DNA of 64,000 bases from Histomonas meleagridis 2922-C6/04-290x (taxonomy: Eukaryota; Protista; Parabasalia): the NCBI GenBank assembly GCA_020184695.1, contig JAANOX010000011.1, positions 186,001 to 250,000 of the forward strand, given 5' to 3'. Shown in pieces: positions 10,947 through 19,931 of the stretch (position 1 is the first letter of the stretch; each line of letters begins with the position of its first letter). The translations under genes were made by a program, and so were the position numbers. The notes under the pieces are model-generated. The model did not search any database. It was given only the letters and a program-made list of their open reading frames with translations, and was not told where the DNA came from.

Positions 10947-12194
10947 CTAATATAAGTGCTGTTTTAAATAATTTAAATAATTTCCAAATATTATTTTGAA
11001 ATATAAAATTATTAAAATAAATTTTAGATTCAACAAATAAATATCTTTAGCATTAATATCAATTCCTTTAATCTCAAGAATATATTTCAATAGTTCATAA
11101 TTTCCTGATTCAGAAGAACTCATCAAAATATCATTTGGGGGCTTATTACTTTGGAGAAACTTTTTAACAAGATATATATTTCCATTTTTTGCTGATTCAT
11201 TAATAATGGAATCTTTAATTTCATATCCTTTCTCTTCTAAAAAAGAAAGAATTTTATAATTCCCATATTCAACACATAAACACATAAATTCCTCAATCTT
11301 TCTTTCATTTAAATCTGATTCTAATTTATTTTCATAAATATATTTAAAAATATCATTTCGATGAAATTTAATTGCTGCTTCACATGAACCGAAAAATGAT
11401 GAATGATTTTGTTCACATAAATGAATGATTTCTTCATTTCCACCTGCAACTGCATATTTTCCTGTATTCTTTACAATTGCGTTATTCATTAATAAAAATT
11501 TGAAACATTTAACAGAAGAAAAGAATGCTGCATAATCAATTAATATAACATTTTCTGTATTAATAAATGAACATCTTTCATAAAGTGATGATTCAATAAA
11601 TTGATTAAAATTAAAATTATTTTGTGATGATATTTCTTGGAGTTTTTCGATTTCATCATTTCGAATTGTTTTCGCAATTTCATTTGGATTATGTCCTTCT
11701 TTAATATAATGCTTATGAAGTTCCCAATCATTTTTTGAAAGTTCATCATAATTTTCATTAAAATAATATTCTGATAAAGAATTAGTATGATATGATTCTT
11801 TAGACTTTTTAGATTTTCTATGATCGAAGTAATGAGTTGAAATATGATTGATAACATCTTCATCGATTAGAGATCTTTCATTCATTTTCTCAATTAGATA
11901 ATTTGTTTCATTACTTGTGATTTGTGTTATGTATTTGGTAAAAATTTTAATGATATTGGCCATATTTTTGTTTATTTCTTCTTCCTTAATTCGAATTAAT
12001 TCTAAATAGCTTAAATACATATCGCTTGTATTCTTTTGAGCAAAAAATGCGGAATAAACAAAATTACTTATTACAAAATTAAATGAATATGGTAAATTCG
12101 AATCAAATAATTTTACTGTTTGTTGAGCTGATTCCTCAATATTTTCTTCAGTTAAATTAAATATTATTTGATTTAGCTCTGTTAGTGGTTCCAT
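10947..12194 (-). CDS. DUF3447/ankyrin-repeat protein (first, uninterrupted part)
   Basis: Likely ATG at 12194 (MEPLTELNQ). LIDYAAFFSSVKCFKFLLMN, AVAGGNEEIIHLCEQ and AIKFHRNDIF. The ORF runs into the first spacer and stops. Confidence 0.88.
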   Translation of the reverse strand: MEPLTELNQIIFNLTEENIEESAQQTVKLFDSNLPYSFNFVISNFVYSAFFAQKNTSDMYLSYLELIRIKEEEINKNMANIIKIFTKYITQITSNETNYLIEKMNERSLIDEDVINHISTHYFDHRKSKKSKESYHTNSLSEYYFNENYDELSKNDWELHKHYIKEGHNPNEIAKTIRNDEIEKLQEISSQNNFNFNQFIESSLYERCSFINTENVILIDYAAFFSSVKCFKFLLMNNAIVKNTGKYAVAGGNEEIIHLCEQNHSSFFGSCEAAIKFHRNDIFKYIYENKLESDLNERKIEEFMCLCVEYGNYKILSFLEEKGYEIKDSIINESAKNGNIYLVKKFLQSNKPPNDILMSSSESGNYELLKYILEIKGIDINAKDIYLLNLKFILIILYFKIIFGNYLNYLKQHLY

Positions 12195-12334
12195 TTGTTT
12201 ATAACTGAAGTTTATGAGAACAAAAAAATTTCTATGCATTACAACGGAGGTTAACATTCAATGAAATTGCTAAACGCATGTGCCAAAAGCAAAAAAGGGT
12301 ATCGGTAAAACCGTTTATTTATTTATATTAAATC

Positions 12335-12495
12335 AAACATTAAACTAAATAAAGAAATATTTTTAGTATTTATATCAATTTCTTTTTGTTTAAGAAATAG
12401 TTTAACTATTTCGGTCTTACCATAATAAGATGCGATCATAAGTGCTGTTTGAAATAATTTGAAGAATTTCCAAATATTATTTTGAAATATCAAAT
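12335..12495 (-). pseudogene. Orphan ankyrin module with the 3' half of the family spacer
   Basis: The minus strand reads ATATTTCAAAATAATATTTGGAAATT, then FQTALMIASYYGKTEIVKLFLKQKEIDINTKN. Confidence 0.75.
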
Positions 12496-12819
12496 CCATC
12501 GGTTATCATTTTCAGTCATCAAATTGTTAAATTCATTGTTCACATCTTCGTGATTTCCTCCCATATCTGATGATGTGTTATTATTTATGTTTAAAACAAT
12601 TTAATTTTCGTTGATTCTTATTTCTCTCCAACATAAATATTATAAACGTTCAAAAAATTTGCACTTTTATTCAGAAAAGCACAAATGGAAGTAAGAATTG
12701 ATTGATTTCTCCAAAAGTGCCGTTTTTTTTCAATGGCATGCAAAATATTCAAAAAGTGGAAATACAGAGGATAATTGGTCATATCAAGACGATAGAAAAG
12801 TGGCGATTTGTTAAAACCT

Positions 12820-14112
12820 TTATTCTTGATATGTGAATGGACATGCTGCAACTTCTTCTGTTTCATCTACATTCCATGGCTCGTTAATATCCATTAACTT
12901 AGCGTTTGCAATTGCTGTTTCAACCATTTTATCTATATCTAATTTTGATTCTGCTAAATCTGTATCTTCAATTGTTGGTTGGGTAACAACTCGTTTTGGA
13001 AGCATGTGTGAACAACAATCACCTCCAGGAAGCACTGAAATGTCATGTGTTCCAATTTTTCTTGCTTTCTTTAAAATCTGTTCTTTTGAAAATCCAATAA
13101 GAGGACGCATTACCAAAAAAGGTGAAATAGCAGCTTGGATCGCAGTCATGCTCTCCATAGTTTGAGATGCAACCTGTCCAAGGTTATCACCTGTAGTTAA
13201 AGATAAACATTTATGTTTTTCTCCAATCTTTTTCGCAACACGAAACATTAAGCGGCGATATAAAGTTACTCTAAACCTTTCTGGTGCATCAGTAGCGATT
13301 TGGCGCTGGAGTTCTCCAATTGGAACCGCATAAAATTTCGTTGGGCCACCCCAAGCCGATAGAGTTTGAACGATTTGACGAATTTTCGATATTGATGATT
13401 TCCACTCTCCGAATGGAGCTGAATGGAAGTGAACATAAGTAAGAGAGCACCCTCGACTAAGAGCCATCCATGAAGCAACAGGGGAATCAAAGCCTCCACT
13501 AAGAAGCATAACTGTACCACCTGACGATTTAACAGGAAGACCTTTTGCACCAGGTATCTTTTCGTAAAAGAAATGGATGCAATTTGTTTTGACTTCAATA
13601 TATATGGTCGTTTCGGGATTTTTAACATCAACAGGAATTTTGAGACTTTCAAAAACAGCACCACCAACCTGACTTGAAATTTGCATAGAATTCAATGGGA
13701 ATTTCTTGTACTGTCGCTTGGTTTCAACCTTAAAGCTTTTGACATTATGCTGTTGGTGATACAATTTGAATTTTTCTAAAATAGTGGACTTTAACACATC
13801 AATATCAAGTGCGCACTTGTAATAACGGCTAAAGTTAGCAACACCAAAAACTTTTTTGGAAATTTCAATAACCTTTTCTTCTTCTTCAGGATCACAACTA
13901 ACATATATTTCCAAATATGCACCATTGACTTTTGCGGATTTAACACCGCCAGCTTTGAGTTGTTTTGCGATGTTATCTTTCATTATATTTAAGAAATGAT
14001 TTCGGTTCTTTCCTTTTAACCAAAGTTCATGAGGGTGATAAAGAATGAAAGTCTTTTTGTCGTCCTCTTCAGTTGTTGGCTTTGCTTCTTTTTTTGCGTC
14101 TTCTTTTTCCAT
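12820..14112 (-). CDS. thiI: tRNA sulfurtransferase ThiI-like protein (THUMP + PP-loop)
   Basis: ELWLKGKNRNHF, a THUMP region (SFKVETKR, VDVKNPE), GLPVKSSG, PP-loop LLSGGFDS, TGDNLGQVASQT, RPLIG and GDCC. No C-terminal rhodanese domain. Confidence 0.9.
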   Translation of the reverse strand: MEKEDAKKEAKPTTEEDDKKTFILYHPHELWLKGKNRNHFLNIMKDNIAKQLKAGGVKSAKVNGAYLEIYVSCDPEEEEKVIEISKKVFGVANFSRYYKCALDIDVLKSTILEKFKLYHQQHNVKSFKVETKRQYKKFPLNSMQISSQVGGAVFESLKIPVDVKNPETTIYIEVKTNCIHFFYEKIPGAKGLPVKSSGGTVMLLSGGFDSPVASWMALSRGCSLTYVHFHSAPFGEWKSSISKIRQIVQTLSAWGGPTKFYAVPIGELQRQIATDAPERFRVTLYRRLMFRVAKKIGEKHKCLSLTTGDNLGQVASQTMESMTAIQAAISPFLVMRPLIGFSKEQILKKARKIGTHDISVLPGGDCCSHMLPKRVVTQPTIEDTDLAESKLDIDKMVETAIANAKLMDINEPWNVDETEEVAACPFTYQE

Positions 14113-14326
14113 GATGAATTATGTACGACCAATTGGAAGCGAACGTTTAGAAAATCAAGATTTGTAAAGCTTTCAATCCAAATTCTTCTGTTGTTGCAAA
14201 TTCGCAAAAGAGTATTTTTGTTGTCATTAGGCATCATTGGTTTATTTATGAATATTTTAGGTTCTGTTCATATAAGAAAAAAATTATTAAATAATTATTT
14301 AATATAGACTTTTAACAATGTGTCAC

Positions 14327-15385
14327 TTATGTTAATCTTGGGCTTAAATAAACCCCATTTCCACTTTCTTGTAACATCGTTTGCCCTATAATTGTTCCTT
14401 GTTGATTTTCGTTAATTCCTTCATGATTTGGGTCAATAAGCCCCATCACATGCTTTTGCAGCACGTCATTAGGTATCATCGGCCCAATGTATTCGGGGAA
14501 TTCATTAATTGGCTCAAGTGGTGTCAATGTTTTAGTGAACATGTTATACACCATTTGATGCTTGAATGTTATAAATGCTCTTCTAAAGTATTTTTCATAT
14601 TCACTTGGGACCCCATAGCGTGGGGAACTACGTAATACTCTTAAAATTTGTCCAATCGTTTGATATTGTTTGACAAGTTCATATGCTGTCTTTGGTCCGA
14701 CCATTCTAATATGCGGTGTATAATCACATCCGCAAAGAATGCAAAACGTAAGGAACTCATCGCGTGACATTTGGAGTTCTTGAAGAACTTCGTCAATACG
14801 AATACAATCTGCATACATTTGATCATTAAGTTTAAGCAATGTAATGGGCGAAAAATGCGCAATCATATCAGAGTCTTCTGTTAAGACGCCTTGGGCAATT
14901 CCATTGTTAACTAAAAATGTAAGTTGCGCATCAGCTTCATAAGGTGCAACAACGAATGGAATTTGCTGTGATCGAAGATAATTAAGTACTGTTTGAACAG
15001 TTTCGAATTTGATTGAAATTGCCTGATTATAATAGTTGGTAATATCACCTGGTGAGCGTGATTTGAGAGCTTGTTGAATATGATTCGAGGCATTTTCCTT
15101 GATTTGTCTTCTACCTTCATTGGTTTCGTACTTCGCGGGAAGAGGTCTGCCATCAAATACAAAAAAAAGTTTGATACCAAGAGCTTGAAGTGATTTTATC
15201 CTCTTAACACAGAAATTCAATATTTTTGGAGTTGCAGGATTATGGTATAACTCTTCTGAACATGAATAAGCGGCTTTATACATCCATGTGAAACCATCAA
15301 CAGCTAGAGTCATTCCAGAAAATTGAGACATGTGAACAGAATGTGTTACTTTTTCGAGAAATGGGAGGAGTGCTTTTATACCCAT
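14327..15385 (-). CDS. EXO1: Exonuclease 1 (XPG/Rad2 family)
   Basis: MGIKALLP, AVDGFTWMYKAA, FVFDG, VAPYEADAQL, TEDSD and ILCGCDY with an H3TH motif. Confidence 0.85.
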   Translation of the reverse strand: MGIKALLPFLEKVTHSVHMSQFSGMTLAVDGFTWMYKAAYSCSEELYHNPATPKILNFCVKRIKSLQALGIKLFFVFDGRPLPAKYETNEGRRQIKENASNHIQQALKSRSPGDITNYYNQAISIKFETVQTVLNYLRSQQIPFVVAPYEADAQLTFLVNNGIAQGVLTEDSDMIAHFSPITLLKLNDQMYADCIRIDEVLQELQMSRDEFLTFCILCGCDYTPHIRMVGPKTAYELVKQYQTIGQILRVLRSSPRYGVPSEYEKYFRRAFITFKHQMVYNMFTKTLTPLEPINEFPEYIGPMIPNDVLQKHVMGLIDPNHEGINENQQGTIIGQTMLQESGNGVYLSPRLT

Positions 15386-15810
15386 ATTTCCTTTTTGGGG
15401 TTTGAAAAAATGCCTGAAGTTGTAACGGCGGCTTTTTTCTTTGCTTTTTCATCGTATTAATTCAATGAATTGGGCCATCCAAAAATGGAACACATCTAGC
15501 ATGAAGACAACACTATTCATCAATAAATTTTTTATTTTATCTGAATTGTGTCTATCACGTTACTTATTTATGCACATATGTCATAATGTTTTTTTTTTTG
15601 AAAATTTTAATTCTTATTATGCTAATTTGCTTTGCTAACCTACTGAACAATCATCACAAAGGTAAACAATTTAGAAAACATTTTTGAAATGCTAGTATAA
15701 ATTGACGACCCAGATTTAAATTGATCAAATTGATATTAATTTATACATCTTTAATTAACAGTATTTAAATTATGCAAGTCTCACTAATATTAATGATTAA
15801 TCATATTTAA

Positions 15811-17820
15811 ATGGTTATTAGCCAAATTAAAGAAAAGCTTTTTCTCTTCCAAGTTGTGAGGTGCTTGGATTTATTAAACGTGCAAATGTTGGATGAAGGG
15901 AATACAGTTTTAGACAAGACTTTATATCTTGAAAGTACAAAAGAATGGGGTTTATCACTCTTGTCTGAATTTAACTCTTCTGTGTCACTAGAATTAAATA
16001 ACAAATATAAATTTAATTATTATATAAATCTTCTTGAAGAAGCACAACCTCATGATCTTGAAAAAACGATTGAAGGTATTGTAGATTCGTTTACATGGGG
16101 TAATAATAACACAGGAAATGAGATAGAAACACAAACAAGATTACAATTCTTATTTTTAATTTTAAAATTTAAGCATGCTCTTTATCCTTTTCCTCAAAAT
16201 AGCAAGCAAATTCTGTTCCAGCTTGAAAATAAAACTTTAACTCCTCAAAGAACTCCACGATATTTTAAAAGAACACATAAAAAATCAGATGTTTCTAAAA
16301 GCATATCATTAACTTTTGTTTCTCCTACAAAGACTGACAAACCAATTTGTAGAATTTGTGAATGTCCAATAATTTCATCAAATTTTGAAACACATATCAA
16401 ATGTTGTCTTAAATGCCATTCCATGAAACTCGAGTGGCAGCAACTGAATCAATCAATTTTGGAGTCATCGCCACCAGAAATCAAAAAATCAATTGATCAA
16501 TTAATTAATGGTTCCACTTTTACATCAAAATTATCATTATATTTATCAGAAAAATTCATAAAAAGTATTAATGATGGACAAATCAATGTTTCACCGCATT
16601 TATCTGATCTTATTCGCCGGCGCCATAATCTTATGAAAAAAGTTATTGTTTATTCTCAAAAAGCAGTTGAATCTATTGACTGCGAAGATTCTCCTAATCT
16701 AATTGATGGATATTTAATGCCTCCATTACCACCACCTCGTTTGGGCGATTTTGAGATAATTGCACCAATTTCACGTGGTGCATTTGGATCAGTATTTCTA
16801 TGTTCTCGTAAGCAAACTGGTGATATCTATGCTCTCAAAGCCATTTTAACCGATACATTTCATGCCGATGATAATTTTTTAGATACTGAACGAGAGATTA
16901 TGTGTCGAGCAAATCATCCATCAATAGTATCACTTTATTGGTCATTTCGAGCTGGTTCCACCATTTTCTTTGTTATGAATTTTGCGTGTGGAGGAGATTT
17001 ATTTTCACTTTTAGAGTCTGTCGGAAACCTAGAAGAAGACATTGCGATATTTTATCTCGCCGAGTTAATCATAGCTGTTGATTACTTGCATTCCTTAGGT
17101 GTAGTTCATTGCGACTTAAAACCAGCAAACACACTTTTGTCTACAACAGGTCACTTACAGCTGACAGATTTCGGTTTGAGTAAAGTTGGGGCGGAGCAAC
17201 GCGAGTTTAAACGGTCGTTTCTGTTCAGGTTTTCAAGCCAAAACACAACAAATTTACAGCATAATGAAAATCTAAACAAGAGAATCATTGGAACTCCGTA
17301 CTACATAGCCCCTGAAAGCTTGTTGAAAGGGGAATATTCTAATGCTACTGATTGGTGGTCAGTAGGAGTTATAGCTTATGAATTAGTTATTGGGGAACCG
17401 CCATTTATGGGAGACAATGAATCACAAATATTTTCTAATATTGTAAAAGGTGAATTTAGTTGGCCAAATGATGTCGAAATTAGTGATGAATATAAACAAT
17501 TTGTGAACAAATTACTACAATTAAACCCAGAAACAAGGCCTGAAATTAACGAATTAAAGGACTCCAAAATCTTCAAGAATATAAACTTCGATTCGATTTA
17601 TAACTCGGAAGCGCCTTTCATACCTGAGCTAAAGGACATCACTGATTTATCATATTTTGCTAACGCGTATAAAAATATAAATATTTCAACAAACGATTTC
17701 GAGGAGTTACGGACCGAAACCAAAAACAGAGATAAACCAGACGAGTGGTGCTGCACAAACATAGCTGCGCTGTCTGAGAAGAACAAAGAAGTGCTGCGGG
17801 AAATGAAAAAGAAATCATGA
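15811..17820 (+). CDS. AGC Ser/Thr kinase, MAST/Greatwall/Rim15-like
   Basis: ISRGAFGSVFL, YALK, VHCDLKPAN, TDFGLS with an insert before GTPYYIAPE, DWWSVG and an AGC C-tail. Confidence 0.85.
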   Translation: MVISQIKEKLFLFQVVRCLDLLNVQMLDEGNTVLDKTLYLESTKEWGLSLLSEFNSSVSLELNNKYKFNYYINLLEEAQPHDLEKTIEGIVDSFTWGNNNTGNEIETQTRLQFLFLILKFKHALYPFPQNSKQILFQLENKTLTPQRTPRYFKRTHKKSDVSKSISLTFVSPTKTDKPICRICECPIISSNFETHIKCCLKCHSMKLEWQQLNQSILESSPPEIKKSIDQLINGSTFTSKLSLYLSEKFIKSINDGQINVSPHLSDLIRRRHNLMKKVIVYSQKAVESIDCEDSPNLIDGYLMPPLPPPRLGDFEIIAPISRGAFGSVFLCSRKQTGDIYALKAILTDTFHADDNFLDTEREIMCRANHPSIVSLYWSFRAGSTIFFVMNFACGGDLFSLLESVGNLEEDIAIFYLAELIIAVDYLHSLGVVHCDLKPANTLLSTTGHLQLTDFGLSKVGAEQREFKRSFLFRFSSQNTTNLQHNENLNKRIIGTPYYIAPESLLKGEYSNATDWWSVGVIAYELVIGEPPFMGDNESQIFSNIVKGEFSWPNDVEISDEYKQFVNKLLQLNPETRPEINELKDSKIFKNINFDSIYNSEAPFIPELKDITDLSYFANAYKNINISTNDFEELRTETKNRDKPDEWCCTNIAALSEKNKEVLREMKKKS

Positions 17821-18319
17821 AACTGCATTGTAATGCAGAAGATAAAGAAATTTAATTTTTATAACATGAAGAGCATTCGCTTTAATACACATTCGATGAA
17901 ACGAAAATGCTTTTGTTTTGCATTTTCGATGAAATAATAGCAATGCTATTGTCATGAATGCATTGATAGTTACAATGATTATTTTGTTCACCAATTTCAA
18001 AAAAAAGTCATTTCAAATCGTCGATAATTCATAGCTATCGGTCGCATCGATTCTCAAATTTTCAGACAAATTTGCGTTGAATCTGAAGTTGTTTTTTTCA
18101 TTATGACGAAACCGTTTATTTTCCCAAACGTAATTTTTCCATTTATTTCTTTGTTAAAGTAAATATTAAAACGACCAATGTAAGAACGAATACTTCATAG
18201 TAAATTGTATTGTTAATTCTCTTTTCGCTTTGTCGTGTGCGAAGATAAACGAATTTTCCCAATTTTGCCAATTTGACATGTCAATCTGACACGAATTCAA
18301 TTTTCAGAGTTTTACATCA

Positions 18320-19729
18320 ATGAGCGGAGTTTTGTTCTCAAAAGTTCACATGAGCTCATCTCGGCCTTTTTTTGGCACTCTCGCTGCATTGGTCCAAACG
18401 TTCGGATCAATGCTTATTAATGTTGTTGCAGATGTTTTGTTGTATCCAATTTCACGATATTTATTACCAAAATTATCAAGAAATGCAAATTTGTGGTTCC
18501 ATGCGATTTTCGGAGTATCTTTGGCTATTGCAATGTTCGGTGTTGAATTTTTAATTCCACTTGCAATGGCAATTTCAACATATTTCATGCTTGAATTAAA
18601 TCCAATTATCACAATAATTTATAGTTTTATCTTTAGTTCAGGTGCTAACATATATTGTATGGTTAATATAGCAAAGGGTTGGAAATGGATGGTAAATAGC
18701 TGTACATTAATCATGTTTCAAAAAATTATGTCAACAACATTAGATCTTTACCATGGGCGTAAGCTAAAGAAAGGAGAAAAGCTTCGGCCATTCCATGAAC
18801 GAGTGGCTCTTGACAAAAAAATGAATTTAATTGAATGGATATCGTATGTCTTTACACCATTTGGAGCTACTTCAGGACCACATTTCAACTATAAAATCCA
18901 TGAATACATTCTAGAGACTGGAACTCGTCCTCATGTATCGGATGATTCAATTTCACATAGTTATGCCAAAAAACGTTTTTACTCCATTCCTTTATGGGTC
19001 ATCCTTACGATTGTTGCCATGAAAATAACACCAATTTCATTTTATAGCAAACCATTTTATGTTAATTCGCCAGTTGTAATTCGTTTACTTCTAACTATTT
19101 TCTGCACATTTTTCCATACTATTCGATATTTTGTTGCTTGGCAATCTGTAGAAGCCGGAATATATGAAACAGGAGCAGGTGAATCAGGTCTTTGTGAAAT
19201 CGATGATATTTCCAATCTTACCGTTTTTGATGTTCTTGCTAGTGATACAGTAGCCACATGGCTTCAGCGTTGGAATCATTCGGCTCATATCTTTTGGAAG
19301 CGATATTTATTGTATCCATTACTTGATCATGGATGTCCATATTGGGTAGCAAATCCTACAGTATTTGCCGTATCTGCAATGTGGCATGGGTTTAATCCGG
19401 TTTATTACCTATTATTACCTGAAATGGTTGCATCACAAAAAGCAGATTCGTTAATCCATCAAATGTTTGGCGATGTTGCGAATAATTCGCCTTTGCCAAT
19501 ACGAATAATTTATAGGTTTTGGATATGGATGTCTATGTTTAATGCAACATCAACATGGTGGTATCGAACAGCAGATGCATTTTTCTTTGTCAGAAAGTCA
19601 AATGGTTATTTAGGAACCATTATAACATTTTCAAATTGCATTATAATGTACATTTTGTCATTAGTAATAAAACCAAAAAACAAAAAGGAAGATGAAAAAA
19701 AAGATATACCAAAAAAGAAGAATGAATGA
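18320..19729 (+). CDS. MBOAT-family (lysophospholipid-type) acyltransferase
   Basis: Multiple hydrophobic segments, WNHSAHIFWKRY, SAMWHG (catalytic His) and a basic C-terminal tail. Confidence 0.85.
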   Translation: MSGVLFSKVHMSSSRPFFGTLAALVQTFGSMLINVVADVLLYPISRYLLPKLSRNANLWFHAIFGVSLAIAMFGVEFLIPLAMAISTYFMLELNPIITIIYSFIFSSGANIYCMVNIAKGWKWMVNSCTLIMFQKIMSTTLDLYHGRKLKKGEKLRPFHERVALDKKMNLIEWISYVFTPFGATSGPHFNYKIHEYILETGTRPHVSDDSISHSYAKKRFYSIPLWVILTIVAMKITPISFYSKPFYVNSPVVIRLLLTIFCTFFHTIRYFVAWQSVEAGIYETGAGESGLCEIDDISNLTVFDVLASDTVATWLQRWNHSAHIFWKRYLLYPLLDHGCPYWVANPTVFAVSAMWHGFNPVYYLLLPEMVASQKADSLIHQMFGDVANNSPLPIRIIYRFWIWMSMFNATSTWWYRTADAFFFVRKSNGYLGTIITFSNCIIMYILSLVIKPKNKKEDEKKDIPKKKNE

Positions 19730-19901
19730 ATAAATAAATTTAGAATTTAATCTTTGATTTTGATAATTCATTATTTTTGATGTTTTTTGGCTTGTTTTAT
19801 TGTTTTGTTTTTTTTCTTCTAACGCTGATTTGCGTATCGTAGACAACCGAAAAACGCACAGCATTTAATATTGAATGAGTTCATAAATTTTGAATATATA
19901 T

Positions 19902-19909
19902 AACCGTTA
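19902..19909 (+). promoter_or_regulatory. M3-like (Myb-site-like) core promoter motif AACCGTTA
   Basis: About 25 nt upstream of ATG 19932. It resembles the CSGTT-core M3 element described in Trichomonas vaginalis. Similar motifs occur at 28895, 49133 and 62134. Confidence 0.45.
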
Positions 19910-19931
19910 AACCTCCCTCAAACGAGCGAAA

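Noticed and set aside
9089-11045. Programmed -1 frameshifting at T_TTA_AAA as the general explanation of the ankyrin spacers
   Set aside because: The heptamer is in the right frame in 8 of 12 units here but is absent at the 63-kb junctions, and the first spacer of the 5-kb locus needs a different shift. Kept only as a local alternative.
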